Shown here one piece after another: positions 50,521 through 61,697 of a stretch of 64,000 nucleotides of DNA. Made by a program: the position numbers and the translations under genes. The DNA is from Ignisphaera sp. Its GTDB lineage: Archaea > Thermoproteota > Thermoprotei_A > Sulfolobales > Ignisphaeraceae. The stretch lies in NCBI GenBank assembly GCA_038889075.1, contig JAWAHS010000002.1, forward strand, positions 298,224-362,223, given 5' to 3'. A model generated the notes under the pieces. It was not told where the DNA came from. It made no database searches and worked only from the letters and a program-made list of their open reading frames with translations. The stretch's first letter is position 1, and each line of letters opens with the position of its first letter.

Positions 50521-51735
50521 TTAGCTCCCTTCTATTTGTAGGGCGTTTTCCACGGCTCTATATGCATCTACAAGTCCATAGCCGTAGAGTTGGTCAGGTC
50601 CATTTTCTCCTAGATCTACTGCTGTTGTTGTTAGTGTGGTGTAGATCTGTGCTGGTGTAAGCTTTGGCCTGCCATTTGCCAGTCTAAGTGTCTGGATCAG
50701 TACCACTACCCCACTTACATGTGGGCATGCCATAGATGTTCCGCTTGCATATGCATATTTGTTTTTGGGCCAGGTGGACAGTATATCGACTCCAGGTGCA
50801 ACTAGGTCAACGTTTCTGTTACTCCATGTGGCTACATCGTAGTTATGGTCTATAGCGCCAACAGCTATAACCTCACTGTAGCATGCGGGGCATGTTGGTT
50901 GGGAAGCACCCTCATTGCCGGCAGCAGCTACCAGGGTTATGTTATAGCTGTATGCATACTGGATGGCACTGTATAGTGTTTGGGAGTCTGGTCCTCCGAG
51001 GCTCATGCTGATAACATCTGCATCGTCATCTGTACCCGGGGTGTTATCGGGACCTTTAGCTGCTTCTACAATGCCTTTAGCAACATCTGAGATATAGCCT
51101 ATACCACTTGCTGAGAGAACCTTAACTGCATAGAGTCTAGCCTTAGGTGCTACACCAGCAACTCCAAAACCATTTACTCTAGCTGCTATGATTCCAGCTA
51201 CATGTGTTCCATGGCCATTATTATCGCCGCAGTTCTTTAGGTTAGAACCCTCATAGAAGGTCTTGGTGTTGCGTAGCGATACTACGCACCAGGTAACGGC
51301 CCCCTGGAGATCTCTATGGCTATAGTCTATACCTGTATCGATTACAGCCACCTCAACAGTTGTGTCATAGCCGTAGGCAGCATCGCCATAGCTACTGTAT
51401 TTGCTCCATACATCTGTAGCATTAATCATCTCTATATTCCACTGAACCTCACCTAAAGCAAAGAGCTCTGCATCTAGCTCGACATATCTTATACCGGAAA
51501 GCCTTTCAATATATTTAAGAGCTCTCTGGGGAATCTCTAGAGCTATAGTACCAATCTCAGGAATCTCACTATATATAGCTCCATAGCCCTTTAGAACATC
51601 TCTAGCCCTAGTAAAAGCACTCATCTCAACCCCAACAATAACCCTTACCAATATAGAGGTCTCTGCCACTATAGGTATTGAGGATAGCACAAGTAGCACT
51701 AATAGAAATACTATAGACAATCTATATATACACAT
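50521..51735 (-). CDS. Secreted subtilisin-family (S8) serine protease
   Basis: Signal peptide and propeptide; DTG, HGTHVAG, AAAGN, GTSMACPH. Confidence 0.95.
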   Translation of the reverse strand: MCIYRLSIVFLLVLLVLSSIPIVAETSILVRVIVGVEMSAFTRARDVLKGYGAIYSEIPEIGTIALEIPQRALKYIERLSGIRYVELDAELFALGEVQWNIEMINATDVWSKYSSYGDAAYGYDTTVEVAVIDTGIDYSHRDLQGAVTWCVVSLRNTKTFYEGSNLKNCGDNNGHGTHVAGIIAARVNGFGVAGVAPKARLYAVKVLSASGIGYISDVAKGIVEAAKGPDNTPGTDDDADVISMSLGGPDSQTLYSAIQYAYSYNITLVAAAGNEGASQPTCPACYSEVIAVGAIDHNYDVATWSNRNVDLVAPGVDILSTWPKNKYAYASGTSMACPHVSGVVVLIQTLRLANGRPKLTPAQIYTTLTTTAVDLGENGPDQLYGYGLVDAYRAVENALQIEGS

Positions 51736-52453
51736 TTCTCTACACCTAGAGGTTGTATAGGTGCTAACGCCATATTTAAATACCTATCAAAGCTCTAGAT
51801 ACCCACATAGATATTTTCCATAACTGTAGCAAACAGACCATCTAAAATACAAGACCCGGAAAGATGCAGCCCGGCAAAGATAGTACTATACCTATCATAT
51901 TCTCTAGCTCGGTATGTTTATAAATCCCTATTCTTTTTATGTTCCCTTATTGCCAGACCTCTACCTACTTGTATAGGGCTCCAAGAACTGGAATACTGTG
52001 GCAACTACTTCCCTATAGACAATATTTAAATACTTTTTAAGATACAGCTAAATCGCCACAGTATAGATGATCTGATAAAGAGAGCAGAGATGGTGAAGAC
52101 AAGAATAGGAAAATTTAGATGTTTTAGTAGGTAAATGTATGGGTACGGCCTTTTTTTATTGGTTATATGGGTTGGATCGTGCTGGATGTTTCTGACGTTC
52201 ATAGTTTTTGCTGGTTGTTGCTTTAAGTGGTTTGGAGTAGATTTTAGCTATCTCTAGATAGGGATATTGTTGCTGCTACTATATTGTCAACATATATATG
52301 GATGGGGATGTTAAGTGGACTAGGAGGATTGCTGGTGTGCTGGGTGTAGTTAATTGATTTTTGGACTTGGTGATCTAGATGTATTTTCACCGGTAGTAGC
52401 TGGACTAGGGTTTTGTACTGATGTTAGTATAGAGTAAAGCTAATAATGCTGGC

Positions 52454-53172
52454 TTGCGAATTCTTGCTTATGGTTTCTGGACTGGGGTGGTATTTGTGGT
52501 ACTACTGAGGACTTTAGTTAGAAGGAGGTTTTTTAAGGTAGCTGTGGTGCTGGCTACGGTGTCTCTTTTTCTCTATATAGTGCCTGTACCCTCTGTTGGG
52601 GAACCTGTGGAGGCTCTGGCCCATGATTGGGGTTGATTTATCGAGGTCGGTGGCATCAAGATACACTATGTCGAGGTGCGTGATGGCGGAAATCTAACGA
52701 ATTTAACGTTTGTTCTTCTCCATGGTTTTTGGAGCCAGCGTCTTTAGCTGGAGGGAAATAGTTGGTTGGCTTAGTAGCTATGGTAGGGTGGTAGCCTTTG
52801 ACAGACCGGGCTTTAGACTTAGTGAGAGGGCTTGGTATAACAAGTCTAAGATAACTAGTTATGTGGTAGAGGGATATAGATATCCGCTGAAAGCTAGAGA
52901 CTGGGATAAAGGTCTCTACTGGCTCATGGAATACAGAGGATTTCCAGACATCAGCAACAGGTTAGGTAGCCTTAAGAATTTCTGTACTAGTCGTCCACGG
53001 TCTTAACGACGAGATAGTCCACCTCAGTAGTAGCATAGAGCTGGTAGAGCTATTAGATACAGCATCCTACAGCAGACTCATAGTAATTAACGAATGTGGA
53101 CACCTACCACATGAAGAAAAACCAGCGGAATTCATTCAGACGATCCAGGAATTTATAGCAAAGAATTTATAG
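52454..53172 (+). pseudogene. Alpha/beta hydrolase pseudogene
   Basis: In-frame TGA at 52634; LHGF/GASVFSWR, AFDRPGF, VHG.NDEIV, CGHLPHEEKP in different frames; nucleophile region missing. Confidence 0.75.
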
Positions 53173-53310
53173 CAAACCTCCCTTGCTGATGTATATTGTT
53201 TAGTTATAGCCTGTGTAGAGGAGCTGTTGTAGTAAATTTTCAAGGTTTTGCCTCTTTAGGTGTCATTTTCGTAGGGCTTTAAATCATGTAGTGAGGTAAT
53301 TCATCTGTAG

Positions 53311-54291
53311 GTGGTGTGTATGGAATATGTAGATCTGGGAAGAACTCATGAGAAGATCTCTAGGATAGGTTTAGGGGCATGGCAGTTTAGTGAGGCTTGG
53401 GGTGTGACTGAATATATGCAGGCTAGAGCTGTTATTTCAAAGGCTGTTGAGCTAGGTGTAAACTTCTTCGATACTGCTATGGTCTATGGTTTGGGGCTTA
53501 GCGAGAATCTGCTTGGTAAGGCACTTAGAGAGCTTGGTGTTAGGAGAGATGACGTCTTTATAACAACTAAGATACCTGGAGACTTCCTCAGTCCAGCTGA
53601 TATATATAGATCTGTTGAAAAGTCTATTGAGGTGCTTGGTCTAGGGTATATAGATGGGCTATTGGTGCACTGGCCTCCATGTTGGCACAACATCCCTACA
53701 AGGATCTATGCGAGAGCTTTAGAGAAGCTGGTGTTTCTTGGTAGGGTTAGGTATCTAGGGCTTAGCAACTTTCCCATAGAGCTCGTGGAGAGCTTTAGAT
53801 CCGCTTTAGCGAAACATGATGTGGAGATCTTCCAGATAAGGTATAACCTTGTCGAAAGGTGGGCTGATGAAGAGATAGTTCCATACGCAGAGAAGCATAG
53901 TATAACGATCCAGGCGTGGAGCCCTCTAGCCAAAGGTGCTCTAACAGGGAAGTACAATCCAGAGAACCTACCAAAATTTACCGATGTAAGGGCTAGAGAG
54001 GCTGTATTTCACCCAGAGAACTTCAACAGTATATGGAGACTGGTGCAGCTACTAAAGAGCATAGGGGAGAGGTATGGAAAAACTCCAACGCAAGTAGCAC
54101 TCAACTGGCTTACAACAGCAAGTCCGGTCATAGTACCTATACCAGGTGCCAAAACACCGGAGCAGGTTATGGAACTTGTAGACTCCGTTGGCTGGAAGCT
54201 ATCCTACAGCGATTGGATAACCATAGATGAGCTTAGCAAGAAAATAGCTATATCATATTCAGCATACTACTTGGACTACAAACCGCAGTAG
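53311..54291 (+). CDS. Aldo/keto reductase
   Basis: GLGAWQF, DTAMVYG, TK, HWP, SNF, SPLAKG, PIPGAK. Confidence 0.93.
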   Translation: MVCMEYVDLGRTHEKISRIGLGAWQFSEAWGVTEYMQARAVISKAVELGVNFFDTAMVYGLGLSENLLGKALRELGVRRDDVFITTKIPGDFLSPADIYRSVEKSIEVLGLGYIDGLLVHWPPCWHNIPTRIYARALEKLVFLGRVRYLGLSNFPIELVESFRSALAKHDVEIFQIRYNLVERWADEEIVPYAEKHSITIQAWSPLAKGALTGKYNPENLPKFTDVRAREAVFHPENFNSIWRLVQLLKSIGERYGKTPTQVALNWLTTASPVIVPIPGAKTPEQVMELVDSVGWKLSYSDWITIDELSKKIAISYSAYYLDYKPQ

Positions 54292-54553
54292 CTAGATCAA
54301 GTAGCACATACTCAGTACAATCCCCCACAAACTCTATAGCTGATTCAGATAGACCTAACTACTTAGGTAGGAAAGAGTTGCAAGGTCGAGCTCTCACTAT
54401 CCAATCCAGAAGATCCACATTCAAGAAGGTGAAGCTTCAACTGAATTTAATCTAGATACGTTGTTTTAAAAGGATGTAGTACATTAAATACAATCCTTTC
54501 GCTATACCTTTTCTATAATTTCAGTAGACAATTCTAATGCATCTTTACATCAA

Positions 54554-54985
54554 CTACTTTATATACGATACTATAAATTCTATAATCTCTAGGATGATCT
54601 TTACATCTATTCGTTTTGATATGAATAGTGTTTTCTTTTTGCATGGCAGTGTATAGATTATTCTACCTATTACCGCAATTTCATTAGGGCTTCGTTTATT
54701 TGGATTTTTTGATAGTATGGGTATGGCTTTCTCAAGAGTTTTTTCATCCAAATTTGCAACTATGTACAGCATGTCAGCATCTACGTTTTTGTCGAGTAGA
54801 AGGATCTTAACAAGATTTTTAGCAGATTCGAAGTCGTGGCACGTGTAAAAACCCTTCTTACTTGAAAATACGGTATTGTTTTCAATATCGATTACTATAA
54901 AACTTTGACCTTCTTCTCGAGGTACCAGTTTTAGAAAACGGTTGGAGAGCGTCTCAATATATATACAGTAATCCATGTATACCAC
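54554..54985 (-). CDS. Hypothetical protein (AT-rich)
   Basis: 143-aa ORF; no motif recognised. Confidence 0.5.
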   Translation of the reverse strand: MVYMDYCIYIETLSNRFLKLVPREEGQSFIVIDIENNTVFSSKKGFYTCHDFESAKNLVKILLLDKNVDADMLYIVANLDEKTLEKAIPILSKNPNKRSPNEIAVIGRIIYTLPCKKKTLFISKRIDVKIILEIIEFIVSYIK

Positions 54986-55325
54986 ATTGCTAAAGTGTAA
55001 TGCCGCTATGGATTATATATCTACCAGTAAAGGGAAGAGGGTAAGCACATTTTTTAAGTTTTTGCCTATCTGATGGCAAATTTCGTACACATCTATGAAT
55101 GCAATAGTGTCAAGGATACAGGCATCTTCATGCATCAAACCACTCTCTCAACGTCTTTTCCAATGATGTACCCATACTCAAGCTGGTATATCCATCTCCT
55201 AGCATTAACATCTACAATACATGTCAACACTACTGCATAGATGCGGTAATTGAATACGTAGATGGCATGTCTGTTAAGATAAAGATATATTTAGATGCAA
55301 GCATCTACTCTGCTGTGGTGTCTCT

Positions 55326-56207
55326 ATGATTTTTGGTGTTGTTGGGGCTGGCATCATGGGTTCAAATCTATGTAGATGCTTAGCAGATAGAGGCATTGCT
55401 GTTAATATCTATAGTAGAAGCTTTGAAAAGGCATCTAAATTAGCATCTGAAATTGGTGGGAGAGCGTATAGCGATGTTAGAAAGCTTGTTGAGGATAGCG
55501 ATGCTGTTGTGATCTTTGTTACTGATGATAGGGCGGTACTCAGTATTGTGGATAGTATTATATCTAGGGGTAGAGTCGATGGTGGTTTGATTATAAATGC
55601 GAGTACTGTTACACCTACTGCAAGCTCGATATCTATGGAGATTCTCAGTAGTGTTGGTATAAGGTATCTTGAGGGACCCGTCTATGGTAGTGCTGATGAG
55701 GCTCGAGACTGTAGATTGATATCTATGGTTGGTGGAGATAGAGAGCTTTTTGAAAACTATAGAAAGTTCTTTGAGGTATACAGTCAGAGCGTATTTTATA
55801 TCGGTGCTGTGCCCAAGGCTATGGTACTTAAACTAGCGTTGAACCACATAGGTCTTGCAGTACCAGCTATACTGGCAGAGGTTCTCGCACTTATAACAGC
55901 ATGGGATGTGGATCTAGAAGTCTTTAGAGAGGTATCGAAATCTATATGGTTTGGACAGCTCATCGAAAGGTATTGGGATAGAATATTTGGAGGGAAGCCA
56001 CCTAGATTTAAGATGTGGATGGCTGGAAAGGACTATCGGTATATAGCTTCAGCACTAAAAGAGAAGAATATTCCATCTATAGTAGCAGAAGCGCTTTCAA
56101 CAATATATATGATGCCTAGTGCAACAGAGTATAGTGATAAGGACTATCCACAGATAGCAAGGTACTTCATAGATTTAGCTAATAAAATAAAAGAAAAGAA
56201 GATATAG
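55326..56207 (+). CDS. NAD(P)-dependent beta-hydroxyacid dehydrogenase (3-HIBADH/6PGD family)
   Basis: GAGIMG, NAST, EGPVYGS, LKL..N, KD. Confidence 0.88.
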   Translation: MIFGVVGAGIMGSNLCRCLADRGIAVNIYSRSFEKASKLASEIGGRAYSDVRKLVEDSDAVVIFVTDDRAVLSIVDSIISRGRVDGGLIINASTVTPTASSISMEILSSVGIRYLEGPVYGSADEARDCRLISMVGGDRELFENYRKFFEVYSQSVFYIGAVPKAMVLKLALNHIGLAVPAILAEVLALITAWDVDLEVFREVSKSIWFGQLIERYWDRIFGGKPPRFKMWMAGKDYRYIASALKEKNIPSIVAEALSTIYMMPSATEYSDKDYPQIARYFIDLANKIKEKKI

Positions 56208-56261
56208 ATTTCGAATTTGAATGACATTAATTGATTTCGCAATCCCTAGTGTATACAGATT

Positions 56262-57056
56262 CTAATCTAAACCTCTATGCTTTAGCAACAGAAGAACTAT
56301 AGCGATTGCTATCCAACTACTGCTACTGGTAGTTTGAGGCAATGCTATCGGCAGTGCCTTTTCCACAGTTGTTGTCTGTGCAGCTATCTCTATAGTAGAC
56401 TCCTTTGCCATGGTGGTTGGTAGCTGTACCGTATGTGACATAGTTTTAGAAGCTGGTTGCTCTATGGGAGTCCCAGTCATAGTTGATGTGGCTGTTGTAT
56501 GTGCTTTCATTGCAGATGTGATGGTTGGGGATGTTGTAGTTGGTGTTGTGGAGGGTTGTGATATGTTTTACGGTACTGTATAGCTTATCTCTGCCGGTCC
56601 TGCAAATGTTATTATTAGTCCACCATCCTCTTTATATATATCTGCTATGTTTTGTGGTAGTGTTAATAGTACTATGTTTGAATTCAATACGAGCCTAGTA
56701 GATATAGCATTAGCTACATTTATGGTAAGTACTCCTTCTTCGATAGAGATGTTAGCTACATAGCTTACTACTGCACTACAAGCATTCCCCACATAAAGGT
56801 GCAGCTGTATAACATCTGTAAGCAACAATGGAACTTCGAAATTGTTACATACAACTTCTACTGTAGGTTCTAAAGGTTCGATAGGTAGATTAATGGTATT
56901 CATACCCGGGGTAGCTTCTATGAATAGTGTAACAGTTGCTACACCACTACCATCTACGTAGATCGTTACCTCAGATTCTGCTTGTACACAGACGATAGCG
57001 TAAATTACCGCAGTAGATAGGATTATAGAAATTAGAATTGCAGAGATATGCCTCAC
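56262..57056 (-). pseudogene. Surface/membrane protein interrupted by one in-frame TAA
   Basis: ORF 57056..56568 continues in frame after TAA (NISQPSTTPTTTSPTITSA) into ORF 56510..56262 (Thr-rich + TM). Confidence 0.7.
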
Positions 57057-57193
57057 ACTACTCTAGTTCTCATGGCATCGATTTTGAAATATATATGTAT
57101 TTAGCTATACTTTAAAAAGGGCTATTCCCGGTATTTCCATGGTTGTTGCGTATGCAGAGGGGAGGAAATCGTTAGATATTACTCCAAGACTTT

Positions 57194-57237
57194 TTACAGC
57201 TGAAAGCCTTGCCCTTCAAGAGTGGGGAGGAGGTTGG
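57194..57237 (+). repeat. Best-preserved copy of IS200/IS605-derived ~43-bp hairpin repeat
   Basis: TTACAGCTGAAAGCCTTGCCCTTCAAGAGTGGGGAGGAGGTTGG. Confidence 0.65.
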
Positions 57238-57292
57238 ATACATAAGCTAATTATATAGAAAAGTTTAAATTTTTGGCTTGGGCTAGAAGGTA

Positions 57293-58525
57293 GTGCCGTG
57301 GTGGTACCTCTTTGGCACGATAGATCTATACAATCTGTACTCAAATAATGGCGGTAAACTCGATACCATAAAGAGATACGTTCTCCAATTTCCAGAGAGT
57401 AGCAACATAATAAACTTTGCAAGTGGTGTTCCAGATCCATCTACATTTCCATTAAAGGAGATTAGAGATGCCCTAGAGAATGTATTAAGGGAGAGGGCTT
57501 CGGAAGCTCTCCAGTACACCCCCAGCCAAGGGGTAGCTGAATATAGAAAGAGTTTAGCGAATTTCATCTATAGAATGAGATGTATCAAAGTGTCTCCAGA
57601 TAATATTCTAGTGGTTTCAGGTGCTCAGCAGGCTATAGACCTCATTACAAGGCTTTTCGTAGATCCAGGCGATATTGTATTGGTTGAAGAGCCTGGCTAC
57701 ATAGCGGCGCTAAATGTATTTAGAGTTGGAGGAGCAGAGCTTGTTGGAATTCCCATTGATGGATATGGTATGGATGTAGACTATATGGAGGAGATGATTA
57801 AGGGTTTCTCTAGGGGTGGCAGAAGGATAAAATTTGTATATACGGTGGCTACGGCTCAAAATCCTACGGGAATAACGATGAATTTAGATAGAAGGAGACA
57901 GTTGGTAGAGCTGGCATACAGATACAACTTTATAGTAATTGAAGATGATACCTATGGACTTCTCTACTATGGTAATGAGGATATCAAACCATTGGCAGCA
58001 CTAGATCCATACGGTGTGGTTATCTACATAAGTTCCCTGAGCAAGGTGCTGGCACCGAGTTTAAGACTGGGCTGTATCATAGCTGATACAGATACCATTG
58101 AAAAACTTACGGTGTTGAAGCACATTACAGATCTCACCACATCGTCTCTAAGCCAGTACGTAGCCAGAGAACTGATTGAAAATGGTGTTTTAGAGAGAAA
58201 CATTGGGGAGATTAGAAAACTGTATAGAAGGAAGAGAAATACCGTTGTAGAGATTATCGAGGAGGAATTTCCAAAGGATAGCTCATACACGAATCCAAGT
58301 GGAGGCTTCTTCACATGGATTAAACTAAATAGTAGAATAGATACGGAGGAGCTATTAGAGAAGGCATTGACAAGAAATGTAATATTCACACCTGGCCATG
58401 GATTTTACTGCAATAGAGATGTTAGAGATGCAATGAGAATAAGCTTCTCTAAACCATCGGAAGATCAGATAAGAATAGGATTAAATATACTAGCCAATCT
58501 CATAAAGATGAGCACGACTAGATAG
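57293..58525 (+). CDS. PLP-dependent class I/II aminotransferase (LysN/MocR-like, no HTH)
   Basis: FASGVPD, ALQY, QNPTG, EDD.Y, SLSKVLAPSLRLG, R.SFS. Confidence 0.92.
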   Translation: MPWWYLFGTIDLYNLYSNNGGKLDTIKRYVLQFPESSNIINFASGVPDPSTFPLKEIRDALENVLRERASEALQYTPSQGVAEYRKSLANFIYRMRCIKVSPDNILVVSGAQQAIDLITRLFVDPGDIVLVEEPGYIAALNVFRVGGAELVGIPIDGYGMDVDYMEEMIKGFSRGGRRIKFVYTVATAQNPTGITMNLDRRRQLVELAYRYNFIVIEDDTYGLLYYGNEDIKPLAALDPYGVVIYISSLSKVLAPSLRLGCIIADTDTIEKLTVLKHITDLTTSSLSQYVARELIENGVLERNIGEIRKLYRRKRNTVVEIIEEEFPKDSSYTNPSGGFFTWIKLNSRIDTEELLEKALTRNVIFTPGHGFYCNRDVRDAMRISFSKPSEDQIRIGLNILANLIKMSTTR

Positions 58526-58697
58526 GAGTAGCATAGCTGGTGTAGAATCCATCGGTAGAGTACTATTATGCTTCAGGTATATCCATCTGCGGATGTAGTG
58601 CATGGAATAACGCCACCGATTTTGCTACCCTAGATATTTAATAGAATGGATGGCTGCCGGCTACACCTTGTAAAATGGTAGAGCCGTCTCCCATATC

Positions 58698-59159
58698 CTA
58701 GGAGTTGCGATCCGTATTGTTATATAGAGCTTGCTTCTTGATTTCAGTATCTATACTAATTATACTATTTGCTGTTGTGAACAGCTTTTCTATTCTTTCA
58801 CGTATATATGGATCTACCCCGGTGCTTCTCATCCTGACTATGTATAGATATGCACTTAGAATTTCGTTTAGAACCCCTATGAATTTAGGTAGATGTGTTA
58901 GAACCTCGTTAACGATATGCTCAATACCTCTATCTGTTATTCTACAAACTGTTCTCCTATTCTGCTTAAAGCAGTTGATAAGACCATCGTCTCTAAGTCT
59001 TGCTAGAAGTCTATAGAATGTGCCTATGGATGGCTTCCATCTAACTCCTACAGCATCCTCTATACGCTTGTATATCATGTAGCCGTGCATAGGATCTCCA
59101 TTTGATAGAATTGATAGTACAAGGTTTTTAAGCCATGAATACCTAGTTCTCCTAACCAA
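58698..59159 (-). CDS. PadR family transcriptional regulator
   Basis: PMHGYMI, WKPSIGTFY..L..L...GLI, ITDRG. Confidence 0.88.
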   Translation of the reverse strand: MVRRTRYSWLKNLVLSILSNGDPMHGYMIYKRIEDAVGVRWKPSIGTFYRLLARLRDDGLINCFKQNRRTVCRITDRGIEHIVNEVLTHLPKFIGVLNEILSAYLYIVRMRSTGVDPYIRERIEKLFTTANSIISIDTEIKKQALYNNTDRNS

Positions 59160-59206
59160 TATGCCACCCTACGCATTTTCTGTAGTAGGTAAAAATATTT
59201 TAAGCT

Positions 59207-59240
59207 TATATTTCTGAGAAATATATTCCCCAGAAATATA
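59207..59240. promoter_or_regulatory. Tandem palindromic operator between padR and MATE genes
   Basis: TATATTTCT-G-AGAAATATA (59207-59225) overlapping imperfect TATATTCCC-C-AGAAATATA (59222-59240). Confidence 0.55.
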
Positions 59241-59244
59241 AGGT

Positions 59245-60714
59245 ATGGCTATGGCTAGAGGCCTACCGAGAGAGATAGATGTAAAATATCGTGAAGCGAT
59301 ACTAAACGGTCCAATAATATCAACATTCCTATACCTTGGCTTACCACTTCTACTTGTGAGAATAGTACAGGATGTGTATGGCATTGTAGATGCTTTCTGG
59401 CTTAGTAGATACAGCCAGTATGCTATGGCTGTACCCAGACAGGTGTGGCCATCGTATACGCTATTCACGTCGTTTATCATGAGCTTTACCTCAGCAAATC
59501 TTGCTCTACTTTCTCAGTATGTAGGAGCTAAAATGTACGATATGGTGAACGATGTTGTTAGAAGAATGCTGTTTGTCATATTTGTTGGTGGAGGTGTATC
59601 TGGGTTCCTGTTTTTCCTAGCCTCTCAATATCTATTTAGATATCTCGTAGGTGTACCACTAGAGATTCTAGCTGATGTTATAGGCTATGCCCGCGTGATG
59701 GCTATAGATGCAGTGTTTCTAGGAATCAATCTCTCTTTAGCAACTCTTGTGCAATCTCTAGGAGATACGAGGATAGCGGCTATATCGCAGGTTGTGGGTG
59801 CTATTGCAAATGTTTTTCTAGATCCGATATTTATATATGGAGTATACATTGTACCGACCATGGGTGCTGTTGGTGCAGCTATAGCAACAGTTCTAAGTAA
59901 GGTTGTAAGCATGGGGGTTTTGATTACAGCTATAGTGAGGAGGTATCGATGGATAAGGATTGGAGTTACACATAGATTGGATAGGTACTACATTGCTACA
60001 ACACTGAGGATAGCTATACCTCTACTTGTAATGAATATTTCAAACTCTATAGCATTCAATCTTCAGAATAGACTTGTGAATACCTTTGGTATTATAGCTA
60101 CAACAGCTTTCTCAGTAGGGTTTATACTATTTGAGTTAGCTAATACAAGTCTATGGGGATTGACGGAGGGTATAGCTATAATGGTTGGACAGAACCTGGG
60201 TGCAGGAAATATTGAGAGGTCCAGGAGCATAGCCAGAAAAACCTCTCTATTCATATTTGTATCCGTAGCCATATCGTCTGTAGCGATGTATCTTGCTAGG
60301 GACTATATAGCCTCGGTATTCATAACGGGTCAGAATGTTGAGAAAGAGGTTGTTGATGGGATATACCTTGAATACAATAGGTTCGTATCTGTGACGCTAT
60401 GGACTCTAGCCTTCTTCGGTCTAACATTTTCAGCTATGTCCATTGGTAGAGGCTCTGGACATACCCTAATGCCGACCATCATAAACATGGTTAGGCTATG
60501 GGGGATAAGGATAGGCCTCGGCTACGCTCTAGCCCTAGGCCTCAACCTCAATACCATGGGGATATATATAGCATTTGCTCTAAGCAACATCATCGGAGGA
60601 GCCATGTCTATTCTATGGATATACAACGGCTCCTGGGCAAAGTCCATTATTAAGAAACCGGTACCTAAACCGGAGCCTACACATACATATGGACAAATCA
60701 AATCCACCAAATAG
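59245..60714 (+). CDS. MATE family efflux transporter
   Basis: SQYVGA, GDTR, LDPIFIYG...MG..GAAIAT, GQNLGA, GSGHT. Confidence 0.92.
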   Translation: MAMARGLPREIDVKYREAILNGPIISTFLYLGLPLLLVRIVQDVYGIVDAFWLSRYSQYAMAVPRQVWPSYTLFTSFIMSFTSANLALLSQYVGAKMYDMVNDVVRRMLFVIFVGGGVSGFLFFLASQYLFRYLVGVPLEILADVIGYARVMAIDAVFLGINLSLATLVQSLGDTRIAAISQVVGAIANVFLDPIFIYGVYIVPTMGAVGAAIATVLSKVVSMGVLITAIVRRYRWIRIGVTHRLDRYYIATTLRIAIPLLVMNISNSIAFNLQNRLVNTFGIIATTAFSVGFILFELANTSLWGLTEGIAIMVGQNLGAGNIERSRSIARKTSLFIFVSVAISSVAMYLARDYIASVFITGQNVEKEVVDGIYLEYNRFVSVTLWTLAFFGLTFSAMSIGRGSGHTLMPTIINMVRLWGIRIGLGYALALGLNLNTMGIYIAFALSNIIGGAMSILWIYNGSWAKSIIKKPVPKPEPTHTYGQIKSTK

Positions 60715-60762
60715 ATTATCCTGAGAGGAGAAACAGCTTCTAAATACTAAACAGAAAAAACT

Positions 60763-61130
60763 ATGAAGCTTACAACAGGTAGCATATCTGTAAAAGTTGC
60801 TAGCAATATAACCGAGTTTCCAAGCGATGTAATCGTTAACCCAGCCAATGCTCTCCTCATAACAGGCGGTGGTTTTGTTGAAACTATAAAGAGGAAGAGA
60901 GGTACATCATAGATAGAAGAGGAGGCTAGAAAGTATGCATCCATACTAGATAGCACCGTTGCTATATCGGCTAGAAGACAGAGTGCTACATAGAGCATGA
61001 GGACATCCTAGCAGTAGTTCAAAAGAGCATGGCATACTTCTTCTATCAAACCCATCAACTAAGGCTTTGGCTACGATATTCAAGTGTTGATATAGTGCTT
61101 TAGAGTTTGACTGTAAGGTTTGCAGTACCT
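60763..61130 (+). pseudogene. Macro-domain (ADP-ribose-binding) protein pseudogene
   Basis: NITEFPSDVIVNPANALLITGGGFVETIKRKRGTS*IEEEARKYA; in-frame TAG at 60910; 3' boundary approximate. Confidence 0.72.
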
Positions 61131-61298
61131 CATTTGAACCAAGTCCATAGCTTACAATGCTATTATCGGTATCACGAAGGCTATGTCGAAAATACGGCAA
61201 AATCGGTAAAATCATTATTAAGTGATTGAACTGTTTAGCACCACGATAGATCAATGATAAAGGTAGAGGTATATAGTTTGAGGACTACATCTACTGAT

Positions 61299-61697
61299 TT
61301 ATCTTTCTATGGTTTCTCTAAAGAGTTCTGGACAGTTACTGCATCTAGCTATATCTATATATGGTTCTAGTCTTAGGTGGATACTGCATAGATACTTTTT
61401 AGCCATAAAATACATAGACATTCTATCGATTTCTCTAGCTATTGCATACTGATCCATCTGACCACCTGCAATTCCATCTACAAGTCTCTCTATATACCCC
61501 ATAACATCTCCATATCTCCTTAAATCTATTTGAGCTCCACGTTCACCATTCATATACCTCGATACCAGCGATGGCGAGATGCCGAGGAGCTTCGCCACCT
61601 CTATACCTGTGAACCCCCTCCTCATAAGACCTAGCGCTACCTCCCTCTTCACTGCTGGAACAACATATCTCGTTCCAAGTTCTAGTACGGACTTCAT
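61299..61697 (-). CDS. HTH transcriptional regulator (COG2522-like) with C-terminal Cys/His motif
   Basis: VVPAVKREVA, EVAKLLGISPSLVSRY...RG, CSIH...CSNC; 1-bp overlap with upstream gene. Confidence 0.82.
   Translation of the reverse strand: MKSVLELGTRYVVPAVKREVALGLMRRGFTGIEVAKLLGISPSLVSRYMNGERGAQIDLRRYGDVMGYIERLVDGIAGGQMDQYAIAREIDRMSMYFMAKKYLCSIHLRLEPYIDIARCSNCPELFRETIER

Noticed and set aside
61254-61297. ATGATAA...TTGAGGA...CTGA as a C/D sRNA
   Set aside because: Boxes too degenerate and the second guide is only 9 nt
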